Part shown: piece by piece, positions 11,675 through 25,469 of the stretch | How the letters are laid out: the number at the start of each line of letters is the position of its first letter | Position numbering within the stretch: the stretch's first letter is position 1 | DNA from: Antedon mediterranea | Lineage: Eukaryota; Animalia; Echinodermata | Length of the DNA: 64,000 bases | Assembly: GCF_964355755.1 (NCBI RefSeq) | Contig: NC_092679.1 | Span: forward strand, 28,001 to 92,000 | Direction of reading: 5' to 3' | Translations under genes and position numbers: made by a program | Notes under the pieces: generated by a model | Told to the model about the DNA's origin: nothing | Seen by the model: only the letters and a program-made list of their open reading frames with translations | Database searches by the model: none

Positions 11675-14029
11675 TTACAAGAGAAGAAGACTAAACAGTG
11701 AGTCTTCAAAGTGTGTAAAATTGAGAGTAGTACAGTATCTGATACTGAAATAATGTATTAGTTTTTTGTTGAACTTCATAAGATTATACCAAGGAGAATA
11801 CCGCAACCCCTCCCTATTTAATAGTGGAGCTATACAGTAGAAATGCAACACATATCTCACCGGAAAGTTAATGAGCTTCCAATACTGAAATTCTGTACTG
11901 CTATGACTTATATAGTCAATATTTATAAATGTATTTATTGTTTATACGAGGATATTTTAATCATGCTGTGTGTATTCTATATTTATGATTATAAACATGC
12001 CATTAAAAGGTTATAAAATCATATACTTTGATATACAATTTTAGAGCAAGTATAGTGTGCTAGTGTGTGTATAATCTATTATATTTATTGTATCAATCTG
12101 CAGTGAAAAATTCTAAATGCTTTCATAAAACATCTATCTATGCTTGTACAACAAATGCAATTATTAATAGTGTTTTGCCTTCAAAAGGTATGCTTGGAGC
12201 CAAGAGTAAAGAAATGATGTATGCATTACAGTAATATCTCTACAGTATTTGGGTCTGAATTTAGTTACTGTATAAACATAAATGAGCTAAAATAAAAGAT
12301 ATAATGAAAAACCACTTTTTTGTCACTGCCTTTCTAAAGGGAAATTCAATGTAAGAAAATATATAAAAATAGTGTATAGCTACTCTAAGGAAATTCTACT
12401 AGTCTTCAAGGCCATAAAGTTGGTTTGCAGTTCCCTTTTAACTGGATTAGAAATTATCTACAAAAGCAGAGAGTTATCTATAAAGCTGCTTCATCTTATT
12501 AGCTACACGTCCGAGTGACCCAGGGCTCAATTAGGCCCATTACTGCTTCATCTTAGTAGCTACCCATCAGAGTGACCCAGGGCTCAATATGTCAGTTCTG
12601 CTGGATGTATGTGAATAAAATAAATAAAAAAAGACATCTTGTGAATTCATATGGTTTATTGTTTAAAATCAAATATATTTATGGAAGACAGTTAACAAGG
12701 TGGGTTCCCATGGCAAAATAATTCTCAGGTCCATAAACTTTCTACACCTGTCTGTTGTCCATTTAATCTTACTAATAAACTAAAGCACTTTAGGTTACTG
12801 TTACAAATTTGTTTAAATAATAAAATTGCTATACACATTAATACTTAACTACAAAATTCTAAACATACTATCATATCACAGTAAATTTAAGAGTAAATAC
12901 AAAGTATCCTACACAATTTGTTTGAAAAATATTGAACTGTATAATACCACATTATAATATTTTGTATATGGTATATTTCTGGAGAAGATTAGGCATAAGA
13001 TGTCTACAGTATGTATTATGAAAATGGTTAGGGTAATCTTTAGGCTGGAATACATAGGATGGATTTAGCAATATATATATATTTTGCTTTACATAACTGT
13101 GTATTTACATAATATTTACATGCATTCAATTTAAAACAAGTAAAAAAGTTAAATCAGATATTTAGCATACTAATGCTGGAATATGCTTTAGATGAACATG
13201 TAATAATAACAACTTGTAATAGTGTAAACACATACCACTGGTAAGTAAATATGTTCCTCCTTTTCATTAATAGGAGTGGAACCTTTGGGTAGAGAGTATA
13301 ATAAAATACATAAAACTGTACCTGCTATTTTTTGGTTTAGCTGAGATCAAATTACAATGATGTTCGGTAAACATATTGCACTGAAAAAAAGAATACAGAA
13401 TTAAAAGGAATATTTTTTAATTGAGCTCCAGATAGAATACCACTCTTATCAATCACATGTAAATATCAAATATATATATTTTGTAATGCCAAAATTATTT
13501 GTTTCATTTTTCTCTATTTGGCAGACTTCAAGGTATTGTATTATTATTAAAACATTGATTTTTACTTTGGATTGTATTAATACTACCAAATATTGATTGA
13601 TTTATTATAATTTTTGTATACAAACTATATAATTACTGATTCCTAATTGTGTTACAAATAATTACAATTTATATGTAACTGCAGTATAAATCCATGATAA
13701 AACCAGCTGTGGATAAGATGTTAATACACCATAGGAAAGTGATTTACACAGAAATGTATGCCAGTATAAACAGCATAGAGAATATGTCTAATATATTATA
13801 TTTAATTAAGCATTTTAAACCATACCAATATTTTGCCATGATTTGTTAATTTATTCTTGCTTAGATACATCAACTTGAATATCATTATCTTGTTACAGTT
13901 AAGATCATTCTGTACAAGAAGGTAAATGAACAGACCATTAAGAATTAGCACATGGTATCTTGTTCTTGTACATTCTGTACAAGAAGGTAAATGAACAGAC
14001 CATTAAGAATTAGCACATGATCTACTGTA

Positions 14030-17000
14030 TCATGGTTCACTAAGAATCCTCCTTTCAATTTCTCTGTGTAGTGCTGTACGATATTCTTCATATCCCATGA
14101 CAACTTTACATAGTTCTTCTTTATACAGTCTTGTCAACATGGCTTGGTAAGTTTCTAATTGTTGTAATTGAAATAATTCCCATTTCAACTTGGAATCATG
14201 TTCTTTACTTGCTTTAGCATATATTGCTAACCATTCTGGTACCTCTGCAGATTCAAATGAGTTTGATTAACTACCAAATACAAAAATAATAATAATAATA
14301 ACCCAATCAGTGTAAATAACAACACATTTCAGAAAAAAACATTTTGTGCACATTTTCACAGCGAGTAACTCACCAATTACAGGTGAATAAACTATTTTAT
14401 AATTTATCTCATTTGAGGATTATGGAGTGGAATTGAATGAGAAACTTGTCACATACCTTTGTTAAGATATGGATTAGGCGGAACCCATCCATTAGAATCT
14501 TGTCACATACCTTGGTTAAGATATGGATTAGGCGGAACCCATCCATTAGAAACTTGTCACATACCTTGGTTAAGATATGGATTAGGCGGAACCTATCCAT
14601 TAGAAACTTGTCACATACCTTGGTTAAGATATGGATTAGGCGGAACCCATCCATTAGAAACTTGTCACATACCTTGGTTAAGATATGGATTAGGCGGAAC
14701 CCATCCATTAGAAACTTGTCACATACCTTGGTTAAGATATGGATTAGGTGGAACCCATCCATTAGAAACTTGTCACATACCTTGGTTAAGATATGGATTA
14801 GGCGGAACCCATCCATTAGAAACTTGTCACATACCTTGGTTAAGATATGGATTAGGCGGAACCTATCCATTAGAAACTTGTCACATACCTTGGTTAAGAT
14901 ATGGATTAGTCGGAACCTATCCATTAGAAACTTGTCACATACCTTGGTTAAGATATGGATTAGGCGGAACCCATCCATTAGAAACTTGTCACATACCTTG
15001 GTTAAGATATGGATTAGGCGGAACCCATCCATTAGAAACTTGTTGTTGTGAAGCCATCTGACTTGTTGGCAGCATTGGATCGGTTATAACTTGCCTACTA
15101 TGCAACACCTGTGATATATGCGTCATATTTTGAGGTGGTCTTTGCTGCTGGTACATGAACATCCTTAGAGCAGTTGGATGTTGTGATGTTACTTGCTTGG
15201 TAGCATTACTAAAAAGAGGCATAATGTTTCAGAAGTTTATTGAACTGCCTTCATTGGCACTTTTTCTGTTTTATTTATATTGTATTATACTTTGGCAACA
15301 CAAACACAACAAAAAAGCAGAAAAAAGAACAGGAGACATAACCTCTATCTACATCCCCCTTGAACAGATAAAAATAGCTGAAATGGTACTATACTACAAA
15401 AACAATAAGTTTCATATATATATATATAAACACACAGATAAAACAGGCCATCCAACCTTGTTTGTCACATGAAGCTCAATAAATAAAAACAAATGAATGA
15501 GGGAGAGAGGGAGTGTAAGTACACAGTCAACCCAGAGGATGTACCCGTGTGTTCACAATCAATATGAGTTGGTTTTAAGTGATTTACTATAAAACAGTAT
15601 AGTAAACATATATTTTATCAATTGAAAAAGATAACAAAATAAGAAAATGAAGGTTAACAATTAATAATAAATACTTTATTGAAAAGGCAAAAACCAAAAA
15701 ATGTTAACAGAACAGAACAGGAAAGAATTATAACTGAAACTTGTAGCAAACCTAAAGTCTAAAAAAGAATTATCTTGTCAAGGTTTAACAATAATTTTCA
15801 ACAATTTTCTTTCAGTTTTGTAACTTATCTCAATATCAAAATATTTTGCTATCTTTTTCTTTTCAAGTAAGTTATTCTTGTTTTTGTTGTTGTTGTTACA
15901 TTTTGTTGATATTAGTCAATTACCGTATTGTTACATTTTGTTGATATTAGTCAATTACCGTATTGTTTTTTAAGGTTAAAAGCCTTGCCAATTTGGAGTT
16001 CCCTTTTCCATAACATTTTGATGACATCTTTGTATTTATCCTTAGTTTTATGGAGTAAAACATTTTGATGACATCTTTGTATTTATCCTTAGTTTTATGG
16101 AATAAAACATTTTGATAACATCTTTGTATTTATCCTTAGTTTTATGGAATAAATTGATTTTGATTGATTGAAACACATGTTTGGAAGAAGCCGTGATAAT
16201 TTCAGAAGTGAATAAAAGTAAATATTGTGTTGAGTTTGGGTAGATATCAGAGTTGGCATGTGAGAATATGTAGTTCAATTTGTAGCATGAATGGTAATTT
16301 ATTGTGCTTACCATACATAGTAGACTCCATGCTTAGAAGACTCCACACGATCCCAACCTGGTGGTAAACCTTCTTTCTCATGTGGATGACTCCAATGAGT
16401 AGTTTTTGTGTTGTGACTGAAAGAGAGAACAAGATTTTTCTAGAACAAAGTAATTTATTTATATGATATTGATACTCTCCTTTTACAATGTAAAAATGTC
16501 ATAAAGACTCACTCAATATAATACTTGCGTCCCCGGAGGGTCCTATCTACTGTCCAGCCTAGAGGCAGTGGAGGTTCATCGGTGGTACTATATTGAGCTA
16601 GAAACAAACAAATGTAAGCAGCTTACAGTAAGTTTCAATACTACATTTGAGGTTCATAAGTTATGTTTTCCTCTCCACGTTGAGTTACAGTGGTAAGTTG
16701 CGTTAAGTTATAAAGTTAAACATATGTATTAGTCAGTGTAATACCATCAAATGTTGTAAAACTGTGACCAGCCATGTGGCAATTTTCCAGTCACTCACTG
16801 AAATGTCAATAATCTGAAATACCGTTGATGTACAACTGAGTTAACCCTTCACTTGTCATTGAATCGGTGCAACTGAATTTCGAGAGGAAAAGTAATGTGA
16901 AACAATGACCTGTTGCGAGTGAATAAATGCACACATTTAAGAGAAAGGTTGTTTAATAAACACTCAATTTAGGATAAATCTAAAGAGAGAGATTAGCAAT

Positions 17001-18856
17001 GGCAATTTGTGAACTAGATTTCATTCATCACTATGACGAATTATAGGTTATATATATTTAAATAAAGATAATTGATGGATTTAAGATATATTGATTGATT
17101 GATTTTCTCAGAATCTTTAGTTATATGACAGGATCTTGCTAACGCAAATACAATAGCCGGTATCATAATAATAATAATAAAGACATAAGTTACTTTTTAT
17201 CTAGATTTTATTATAAATCATGTGTATAATCTATTCACTAAGAAATAAAATTGAACAAACAATATGGATAATAAAAAAAAATCTCATTTCGTTTCGTTTC
17301 CCAAGGTGAGACTCGATCTCGGTACCTTGAACGCCATACTGTAGACACGAGCCCAAACCACCGAGCCATCCACAACTGACTAACAGTTGTAGAAAGATTC
17401 CTCCGTGTATTTACTATGCAGTAACCACTTTGGTGCAGATAGATTACCGCAATGAATTATAATTTTTTACAATGATGACATCTTTAAAAATTTTAAAAAA
17501 ATGATGCACTGTCAAGCTATACTTTTAACTTTAATATATGAACTCTTGAAGGAAGAAAGTTAATGTTAAGTTTGTTATTTTGGCCTACGAAAATGTCATA
17601 ATTTTTTGAATGTCGAAATAAATTTTTTTAAATTTAAAATGCAATTAATGATGACCTTATCAACTTTTGTTCTCTTAATTTCATAATAAATCATACATAT
17701 GATACATACACTTCAAGAAAATAAAATAAATAATAGAAGTTCCTGAGCATTCTGACGATCTATTAATTAAAAAATTTAGCATATTTTATTAAATATTATT
17801 AACATTTTTGATTGCTCACAGTGAAAACATAACCACATCGATTCCTGGCTATAAGGAATATACTCTGAAAAATTGACTTAGCTAGATGAAACTGATATCA
17901 GGATAATTCACAGACAAAATAGTGCTAAGGAAAGAGTAAATAAATAAATAAAGATCCTGACAGAATCAAGAAGTTCATACTTACCATTGGTAGGAAGGTG
18001 AGGTGGGTAATGAGTGCCAATGGTCTGCTGAGATGAGACAATAGATACTACTGTACATGAGAAGATGTGTATAAAGTATGAGCTACATTTGTTCATTAAA
18101 TGGAGACAAAATTGAATAATGATTGCATGTTAAAATAAATATATATAAATGCTTAACATATTCTATAAATGGTTAAAATGCTATTTAATAAGCAAAATGG
18201 AAGCAAGACTGAGATTGACTCATTGTATCCTTTTTTGTAAGTTAGATAAATCTGTAGTTACTTTCAGATTTGTTGCCTTTTAAATCAGGAACTGATCTTG
18301 CACTTTTTATGCCTTGCATGTGATTGACCGTTTGTGAATAGGCACTGTCTGCCGCCGATGATTTAAATGACTGCGATCGTTCTGCATTGGGTTTACGTAA
18401 CACCGTGACATTTTTTACACTTTCTTGTTTAACTGTAGATTGATTCCATTCAGGAGTTGTAGTTGTTGGTGTGTTACTTGGGTGGCGGGATGCTCGCTTC
18501 TGGGTTTTGGGTCCATGACGAACAACGGTGGATATGTACCCTATTAGCAAATCAACAATTACAGTGATTTTCTTTCTACCATGCCATCATTGATATGAAA
18601 ATCAATAGTATACAAATAACAAATGTTTATATGAGTGTGATAGTATAAATCATTTTAAGAGGTGAAAGGTTATATTTTCACAAGGCAACAGTAGAGTGGA
18701 AATATGTGGAGCGATTGATAGTGTACTTCTAATCAAATGACAGGAACCTATTTAAGTACCTTGAAATATAGGTAGCTGTTCTTTCTTAGTGTACTTGCCA
18801 GCTATACCACTTTCTGGTAACGGCCTGAATGCATCTTTCTTACGTGGTCTTAACAT
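14030..18856 (-). CDS. SAV1: Protein salvador homolog (Hippo pathway scaffold; two WW domains + SARAH), ~352 aa
   Basis: Minus-strand exons 18856-18760, 18540-18262, 18050-17985, 16597-16513, 16416-16312, 15208-14997, 14244-14030. Translation gives [90 protein letters not shown] and [35 protein letters not shown] likely 5'UTR exon ends at 21783. Confidence 0.95.
14440..15042. repeat. 54-bp minisatellite, ~11 copies, built from the SAV1 exon 6 end plus its splice donor
   Basis: Minus-strand unit TTTCTAATGGATGGGTTCCGCCTAATCCATATCTTAACCAAG|GTATGTGACAAG. Confidence 0.95.
17300..17375 (-). mobile_element. tRNA-derived SINE head remnant
   Basis: Minus strand has A-box-like TGGCTCGGTGG and B-box-like GATCGAGTCTC at tRNA-like spacing. 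Confidence 0.4.
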
Positions 18857-19099
18857 CTTACCACAGGCATAGCACTAACAAAATAACAACATCTTTAAAA
18901 GAAGAAGAGAACATTGGATTCAATTTCTTTGATGAGTGACACAACCTGGTAATATTTTAATACAAAGAAAGCACATTGTAGGAAATTGACACAAGAATGA
19001 CTAATAAAAATTGATGACAAATATTAACCAAGAGTATGAGGCCTTACAATATATACACACTTAGCCTAAAATTTAAAGGGCGGTTTCTAGTCTGAGTCT

Positions 19100-19560
19100 T
19101 TAAAAGCCAGGTGCGGGCAAAAAATTTCTATTAATCATACATTCCAATAATTATCGATCTATATGTTCCCCTATGTTTCATAATTTTTGGGATTTTATTT
19201 GTGTTACATTAGCTTGTTGAAAATAAGCACTTTCTTATCAGTGGGGGGATAGTTCAAATTACACAATAAAATCTCTATTTTTTTGTACACAAATTTTGTA
19301 AATAGAGAGGCATTTTACAAAGCTATGAAAAATAAACGGTGTGGTAAAAAATGTTATCAGATGACTAAATATAGGTAATATAACTTGAATTTTACATTTC
19401 TGGTATTTTTATTCAACTTCAGATTTGTATTTTCATGCTATAGCAAAAATTATCCACCGTATATCCACCATCTTTTTTCACCTTCTACAGTAGGGAGTCA
19501 CCAGACATGTTATTACATTAGGTTATTACTACCCAACTACGGTACTGAAAAAAAGTCTTC
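19100..19560. mobile_element. Second, uninterrupted copy of the element at 905-3000 (inverted)
   Basis: Colinear reverse-complement similarity over ~450 bp, lacking the hAT insert. Confidence 0.8.
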
Positions 19561-20050
19561 TCAGAAGAAACAGAATTTTTTTTCTTTTCGAAACGGTGTA
19601 CATCGTGTTCAGCCGCTATGTTTTGAATGCCCATATAACTTAAGGCGCTATGTATGGCGCGCCAACTATGCATTAACTGCCGTTTGTTCTGCTGGTCTTT
19701 TCATTGGGTTATTCCATTCTAAAAATGTGGGTGCATTGTAACGTGATCGATCAAAATTGACCGACATAAAATGTACGGCGTATTATCATATTACTTTCTG
19801 TGATATAAGTATTATTTAGAATGCTGTGGTGTGGATATATTTGAATCTATTTTAAATGATTTAGATATACGTTTATTATTATAATAATAATCTTAAACGG
19901 GCAATAAACTTGTACTTGTGTCTTGTACATTTACTCTTGCAGGCCTAATGTGTTCTAATAAAAACAGAAATAAACATTAAATCAGTTAATAATACATTAA
20001 TTATATTAAAACTCTGGTTATATAGGCCTATTGTATGTCTAATAATAGAC

Positions 20051-20190
20051 TGGGCTCTCTCAATCATCGGTTTAATTTTAAAATGAGTGGCTAAGAAATC
20101 TTCAACAATGTTGATTGGGTTTTCGTTGTCAGATTTAGCGATTCCCACAAAGCGAATGTTATTTCTCCTGGAGAAGCGTTCAGCCTTGCC
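20051..20190 (-). pseudogene. LINE ORF1p (L1/Transposase_22-type) fragment
   Basis: Translation KAERFSRRNNIRFVGIAKSDNENPINIVEDFLATHFKIKPMIERAQ matches the SRRNN(I/L)RxxGI...IERAH signature. Confidence 0.65.
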
Positions 20191-20338
20191 TTTAAGAATT
20201 TCTTACCAATACAGTACTCTCGATTATGAATAAATTTTATTGATTTTGATTGTTATTATTGTGTTGTTTGTATTCGCGTATTTATTTTTTTTAATTTTCT
20301 GAGAACGTTGTGGGCCCGATCGTCTCACGATTTGGGCC

Positions 20339-21255
20339 TGTCACACCAAAATCAGTCCGGGCCAAAATAGGTCCGGCGGACCAGTTTTGGCTGCCAAAAT
20401 CAGTCCGGGGGACCATTTATGGCTGCCAAAACCTGTCCGGCCGGACCAATTTTGGCCGCCAAAACTGGTCCGGCCTGGATAAAATCGGTCCGGGCAGTAG
20501 GACTGTTTTTGGCCGCCAAATATGGTCCGGTCCGGTCTTACAAATATATGGTGCGCAAAATGAGTCATAATGTATATATCATTAAAAAAAGGCCATGATT
20601 AGTCATTATATTGAAAACTACGAGGTTTTATTTGTTATTTTAATATTATAAATTAAGTCTGTTTTTTTTATTATCATTATTAGTAGTAACTCATTAATAA
20701 TTAGTACTAATTGTTAGGATTTTTGTATACAATATGTATCTCTGCCTGTTTTTAATCCATTTTGTTCTTTTTTAACATCTTCGTTTCCCCATGATGTTAA
20801 AAACAATTTAATTTATTAATTATTTATGGTTAATCAATCTATATATAAATTCAATACAATTATTATAAAACAATTTATCCAATATTGATTAGGCTGAGGA
20901 AGGAAAAAGGCCTCAATCATAAATAAAATCTAGCTGGCAATATCAGCGTCTCATACCCGTTCATGTGAGTGTGTGCCGGGCCAAAATATGAGTGAACACC
21001 TAAGTCATGTTTTTAGATAAAATACATTTATTTATAGTATTTATCCGACAAGATAACTTACTAATATATATCATGGGATATTTTTCTATCATAAACAACT
21101 TAAAACAGCATCATAGGCCTAGTAATTCAATTAAAATCGACAGAAGAAAAGCCCGGATCGATTTTGGCAGTGGCGGACTGCTTTTGGCCACAATTTTAGA
21201 GCCAAAACTGGTCCGGCCGGACCGATTTTGGCCCCGGACCATATTTATCGTGACA
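20339..21255. mobile_element. Ginger-like non-autonomous TIR element inserted in another repeat
   Basis: TGTCAC...GTGACA termini; 4-bp TSD GGCC (20335-20338, 21256-21259); subterminal GGTCCGG/CCGGACC repeats; empty-site motif GATTTGGGCCCGATCGTC at ~21430. Confidence 0.75.
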
Positions 21256-22109
21256 GGCCCGATCGTCTATTTGAAAGAAAATTTCAGAAGACGATATTTA
21301 AAAGAAAATTTCAGAAGACGATATTTAAAAGAAAATTTCAGAAGACGAGGGGGGCTAATAGAGGGCCACGACCGGCCCACCAGCCTCTTGCACCACTCAT
21401 TTAGAGTGGTGTACGGTGAGTTACGGTGAGATTTGGGCCCGATCGTCTTGAAGTGGGCCCGATCGTCCGTGCCGTGGTCCCTATTGTCTGATAACCGGCT
21501 AGGTAGCCTAGCTAGCCTCCTACTCCTACCTGGCCTAGGTTATAGGCTAGCCTAGGCCTACATAGCCGCCCTCTAACTAGAGGCCTACTTTTTTTAAATA
21601 GGGGCCTAGGCCTCCTAGCTAGGCCTAGGCCTAGGCCTAGTCTTAGATTAGTTAGGCCTAGTCTAGGGCCTAGGCCTAGATCATGGAGTAATAATACTAC
21701 TCCATGCATGGTTAGATGCTATATCTTAAGCGGATTTCTTAAGATTAATCTTAATCTCTTAATCTGTGAATTACAAACTTACCAGTCCTTTTTACGCTAA
21801 AAAAAGTCTTCACAAAGTTTAATTTAGTTATAGGCTCATTGGACCTCATTCCGTTCGTTGCTTCTGCTTACACTCCGCGGAGGAATTGTGTTTGGTAAGG
21901 GGTGGATTTTTCGGATTGGTACGTATACTGCTTGGCCGGCTGCTGCTGTTGTTTTTGTATTTGATGGGTCTGTCGCCCTCTTTTTTAAAAATTAATTTTC
22001 TACGAAAGCCAGCTAGGGCCAAACAAATTATACAGTATTCTGATTTCAAGAATTCAAAATACACATTACAAATTTAAATACCATTAAATAGTTACAGGAG
22101 GGGAACCAA

Positions 22110-22122
22110 CAAGATGGCGGCC
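22110..22122 (+). promoter_or_regulatory. YY1-type motif in the presumed SAV1 promoter region
   Basis: CAAGATGGCGGCC, ~330 bp upstream of the putative first donor at 21782. Confidence 0.4.
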
Positions 22123-22197
22123 GTAAATGTGTTCAAAAACATTATTTAATATAAAAAATAATAATCTAATATAGGGGACTAGGCCTAATAGGCTACA

Positions 22198-22219
22198 CAT
22201 GGAGGTATATACCTCCATG
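22198..22219. mobile_element. 22-bp perfect palindrome with 7-bp TSD; P-superfamily-like footprint or mini-element
   Basis: GGCTACA|CATGGAGGTATATACCTCCATG|GGCTACA. Confidence 0.65.
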
Positions 22220-22793
22220 GGCTACACATAAATAAACAAGAAATATTTCTTACAAAAAACGCCGCGTGACTTTTTGACTGGACAGTTGTAAGAACAGTCT
22301 TCATTAATCTAATATAATAGGTCGGCCAATCAAAACGCAAGTGAACAATTGGGACTTTACTTGTGATTTATGTCATTGGCCTGTCAGCACAGTCGTTTCT
22401 TTCTAGAATTAAACGCACAAACTTGTATTGGGAATAATGTATGTTTATGTTGTTATTACTATCGCATTTAGGTATTGATATTAATAATAATATGGCTTTT
22501 GAATATATAATTACTGTCTGTAGAATAACATTTATACATTTTCGGTTCGCGATGAAAAGTTATATGAATGGATTTGTAATAGTTATTTATAATAATAGTA
22601 TATGGGTTGTATTATTGCTAAGCTATCACCAAATCGCGTTATAACATTATTTCTCAGGGTTTTTTGCACCATTGATCAATACCAAACGCGTATCGGTATT
22701 ATGGTTTTTAATGAATCATTACTTTAATAAAAATACCCAATTAAATCAATCGCGTCAGTCCAATTCCGACTTATGTTTCGATCACATAATTGT

Positions 22794-22945
22794 TCTGTGT
22801 CTACACTGTCCCAACTAGTTTAACAAAAAAAGTGTGATCTGCCCAAATATGGTAGTGATATGCCCGAATATCGTAGTGATATGACATCGTCATGTCTATA
22901 TAATATGGGCACGTCATATTTAGTTTGATAGTATAGACAGAGCTT
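22794..22945. mobile_element. Short MITE remnant (Harbinger-like)
   Basis: Imperfect inverted ends TCTGTGTCTACACT / AGTATAGACAGAGC. Confidence 0.4.
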
Positions 22946-22964
22946 AAGGATTATATTTAAAAAA

Positions 22965-23900
22965 TGTTTTCTTACATTTTGAAAAAAAGTATTTATTTGT
23001 TTATAAGCCCAATTTTCCAGTCTTAATTTTACATTTTGAAAAAAAAGTATTTTATTTGTTGATAAGCCCAATTGTGCAGTCTTATTTTACATTTTGAACG
23101 AAAGTATTTATTTGTTGATAAGCCCAATTTTGCATTCTTATTTTACATTTTAAACGAAAGTATTTATTTGTTGATAAGCCGAATTTTCCAGTTTAATAAT
23201 AATGACCCCTTCCACAGTGCTTATACCATGTACATTTTACATGATATTGACCGTGGGTTCTTTACGCCTCTGATGCATTTGTTTTTATTGTACCTTTTTA
23301 ATAAATTATTATATGTTTAGGCCTAATCACACCCAATTTAATGAAACGGTAAGATTCCGATTTCAATTGAAAGAAAGTAGTACTGTATTTATTATTCATT
23401 GATAAGAAGCCAAGGGTCCCATGGCGTTAGCCGATATCTTGAGCATTTGACTCATGTGTCAACCTGTAACACAAATCGTTCTTCAAAATCTATACTAAAG
23501 AAAGAACCTCACACGTCTTTTTTGTGAGTGATACACTATGGATATGCCCATGGAAATAATATGTGGACATTGCAAACAATCATAGGCCTACAGTAACAAA
23601 CATAACATGGCTAATAAGCATAACATTCAGACTTGTTTGTTTTCTAGTGGATTTTTATTTACTTTAGCGTGTAGAATAAAACTAGTAACAGTGGCTATAT
23701 TAATAATTATACTGATTATCCTTGATGTTATCGCGTCTAATAATAAAATATTTTGTTGTTGATAAGCCCAATTTTTCAGCCTTGATTTTACATTTTGAAC
23801 GAAAGTATTTATTTGTTGATAAGCCCACTTTTGCAGTCTTAATAATTACCCTTCCACAGTGCATTTTACATGATATTGACCGAGGGTTTTTACGCCTCTA
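22965..23900. repeat. Degenerate ~56-bp tandem units, with a second partial block at 23750-23900
   Basis: TTTTACATTTTGAACGAAAGTATTTATTTGTTGATAAGCCCAATTTT recurs about 4 + 2 times. Confidence 0.75.
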
Positions 23901-24167
23901 TAGCCACTGATCAATACCATAATTAATGTACTTTTTTAAATTCAAAAAAACGGTCCGTTTTCGAGTTTAATCTTTTGGTTACAGAGGTTGGAGCCCGAGT
24001 TTTTGTAGACCGGACTTCCATGCACAGCCACATGTTAAGGAATATGAATCTCTTTATGATTTTAATATCGTTCGAAATGATATTACACAACAACGATTAG
24101 ACAGCAACTGTGCAAGAGTCCAACTAATAAAATCGGAATGATCAATTAATTGAACATTTACAGCATA

Positions 24168-24528
24168 AGGCCCATACACTAGGACGATAACGATCGACGA
24201 TAAATAGACAAATGTGCATTTTTAATACATAAACCAAAAGAAATATAAACAATTCCTGTGATGAAAATTATATTTTCACACGTCCAATCAAATGACGTCA
24301 TGATTAGTAAGACCAATAATATCGTGACAATACAGCGATTTTATTGTTTTTATTTATCATGACGTCATTTGATTGGAATTTGAAAAACATTATTTTTATC
24401 AAAGACAGCATAAATGATTATCCTATAGGTCTAGAACGAAAACCTTTCTAATTTCTTTTGGTTTATGAAAAAAAAATGCATGCTATATATTTATCGTCCG
24501 TCATTATCGTCATAGTGTAATTGGGCCT
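24168..24528. mobile_element. Fold-back MITE, PIF/Harbinger-like
   Basis: AGGCCCATACACTAGGACGATAA ... TTATCGTCATAGTGTAATTGGGCCT, with inverted similarity extending internally (TGACGTCATGA on both arms). Confidence 0.7.
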
Positions 24529-25229
24529 TTATACAAAAAAAAATAAATTGATTACGAAGTTACATGTCATTTTCACCTATCACCAAAAAACTAACCTTTT
24601 CAACACTAATTAATTGTTACGAAGCCAATTTATATTATATATTTCATTAAAACTGAACTTTACGGTAAATGAAGAGTAAGTATCAGTTAATATGAATAAT
24701 ATAACTAGTAGGTCTATGAACTTGCGTCCAGACACAGAACTGTGACATTACTATCATAAATGTTGAAACCACTTATAAAACCTTTTTTTAAAGAAAATAT
24801 AATTGTGCAAGGAGAAGGCTAATAAACAAATAGATAATGTACAAATCTTTTTCTGGATTAATTAATGGAGCAGGCGTTCCTAATAATCTGCTGCTGCTAC
24901 CTAGACTGATTGTTCACCTTCTGACGATAATTGATTGGACCTACCCCCCCCCCTCCCCACGGCATCTGATAACCAAAAAAAAATTTACCAGGACTGTTTC
25001 AATGATTTAATATCTGACGGCGTATTATTATAACATTGGCCTAGATTGACAGTCATAAAAAAGAAAGTCATTGTATATACTTCCCTTTATGTTGACAGAG
25101 CCAAAATAAAGTTTTGACCATTATCGAATGATTATTTGACAGTGACTTATTATAATACCGGCCTGGTTGACAGCAAAAACTAAGTTATTATTTATTAAAC
25201 AAGATTTTACAGATTTCCGTCCACATCTC

Positions 25230-25428
25230 AATAATAGGCCTACTGTTATCAGCAAAGGCTTTCATATAGACTCTCTTCTCCAAGACGTTTTTGGGGTCCA
25301 GCAGCATAGTCGAGTTTCCAAATTCACAAAACTGTCAGCCTTAGATACTAAAGCTACTGCTATGAAACAGCTTATTAATGAATGTGTCCTCCTGGGACAT
25401 AGCTGGCTAGAGCCGCGGCGCGAAAACT
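25230..25428. mobile_element. Dispersed repeat; inverted copies at 63803-64000 and partially at 52595-52703
   Basis: Near-identical reverse complement of the window's last ~200 bp. Confidence 0.85.
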
Positions 25429-25469
25429 ATGTGAGAGGTAAGGAGGAAACACGCCCTCTCGGCGTATTA

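Noticed and set aside
14409-15061. 200-aa ORFs on both strands
   Set aside because: Artefacts of a 54-bp unit (multiple of 3); the real coding frame is SAV1 exon 6.
18242-18261. Apparent premature stop in SAV1 exon 2
   Set aside because: The donor A|GTAACT at 18261 precedes it and keeps phase with exon 3.
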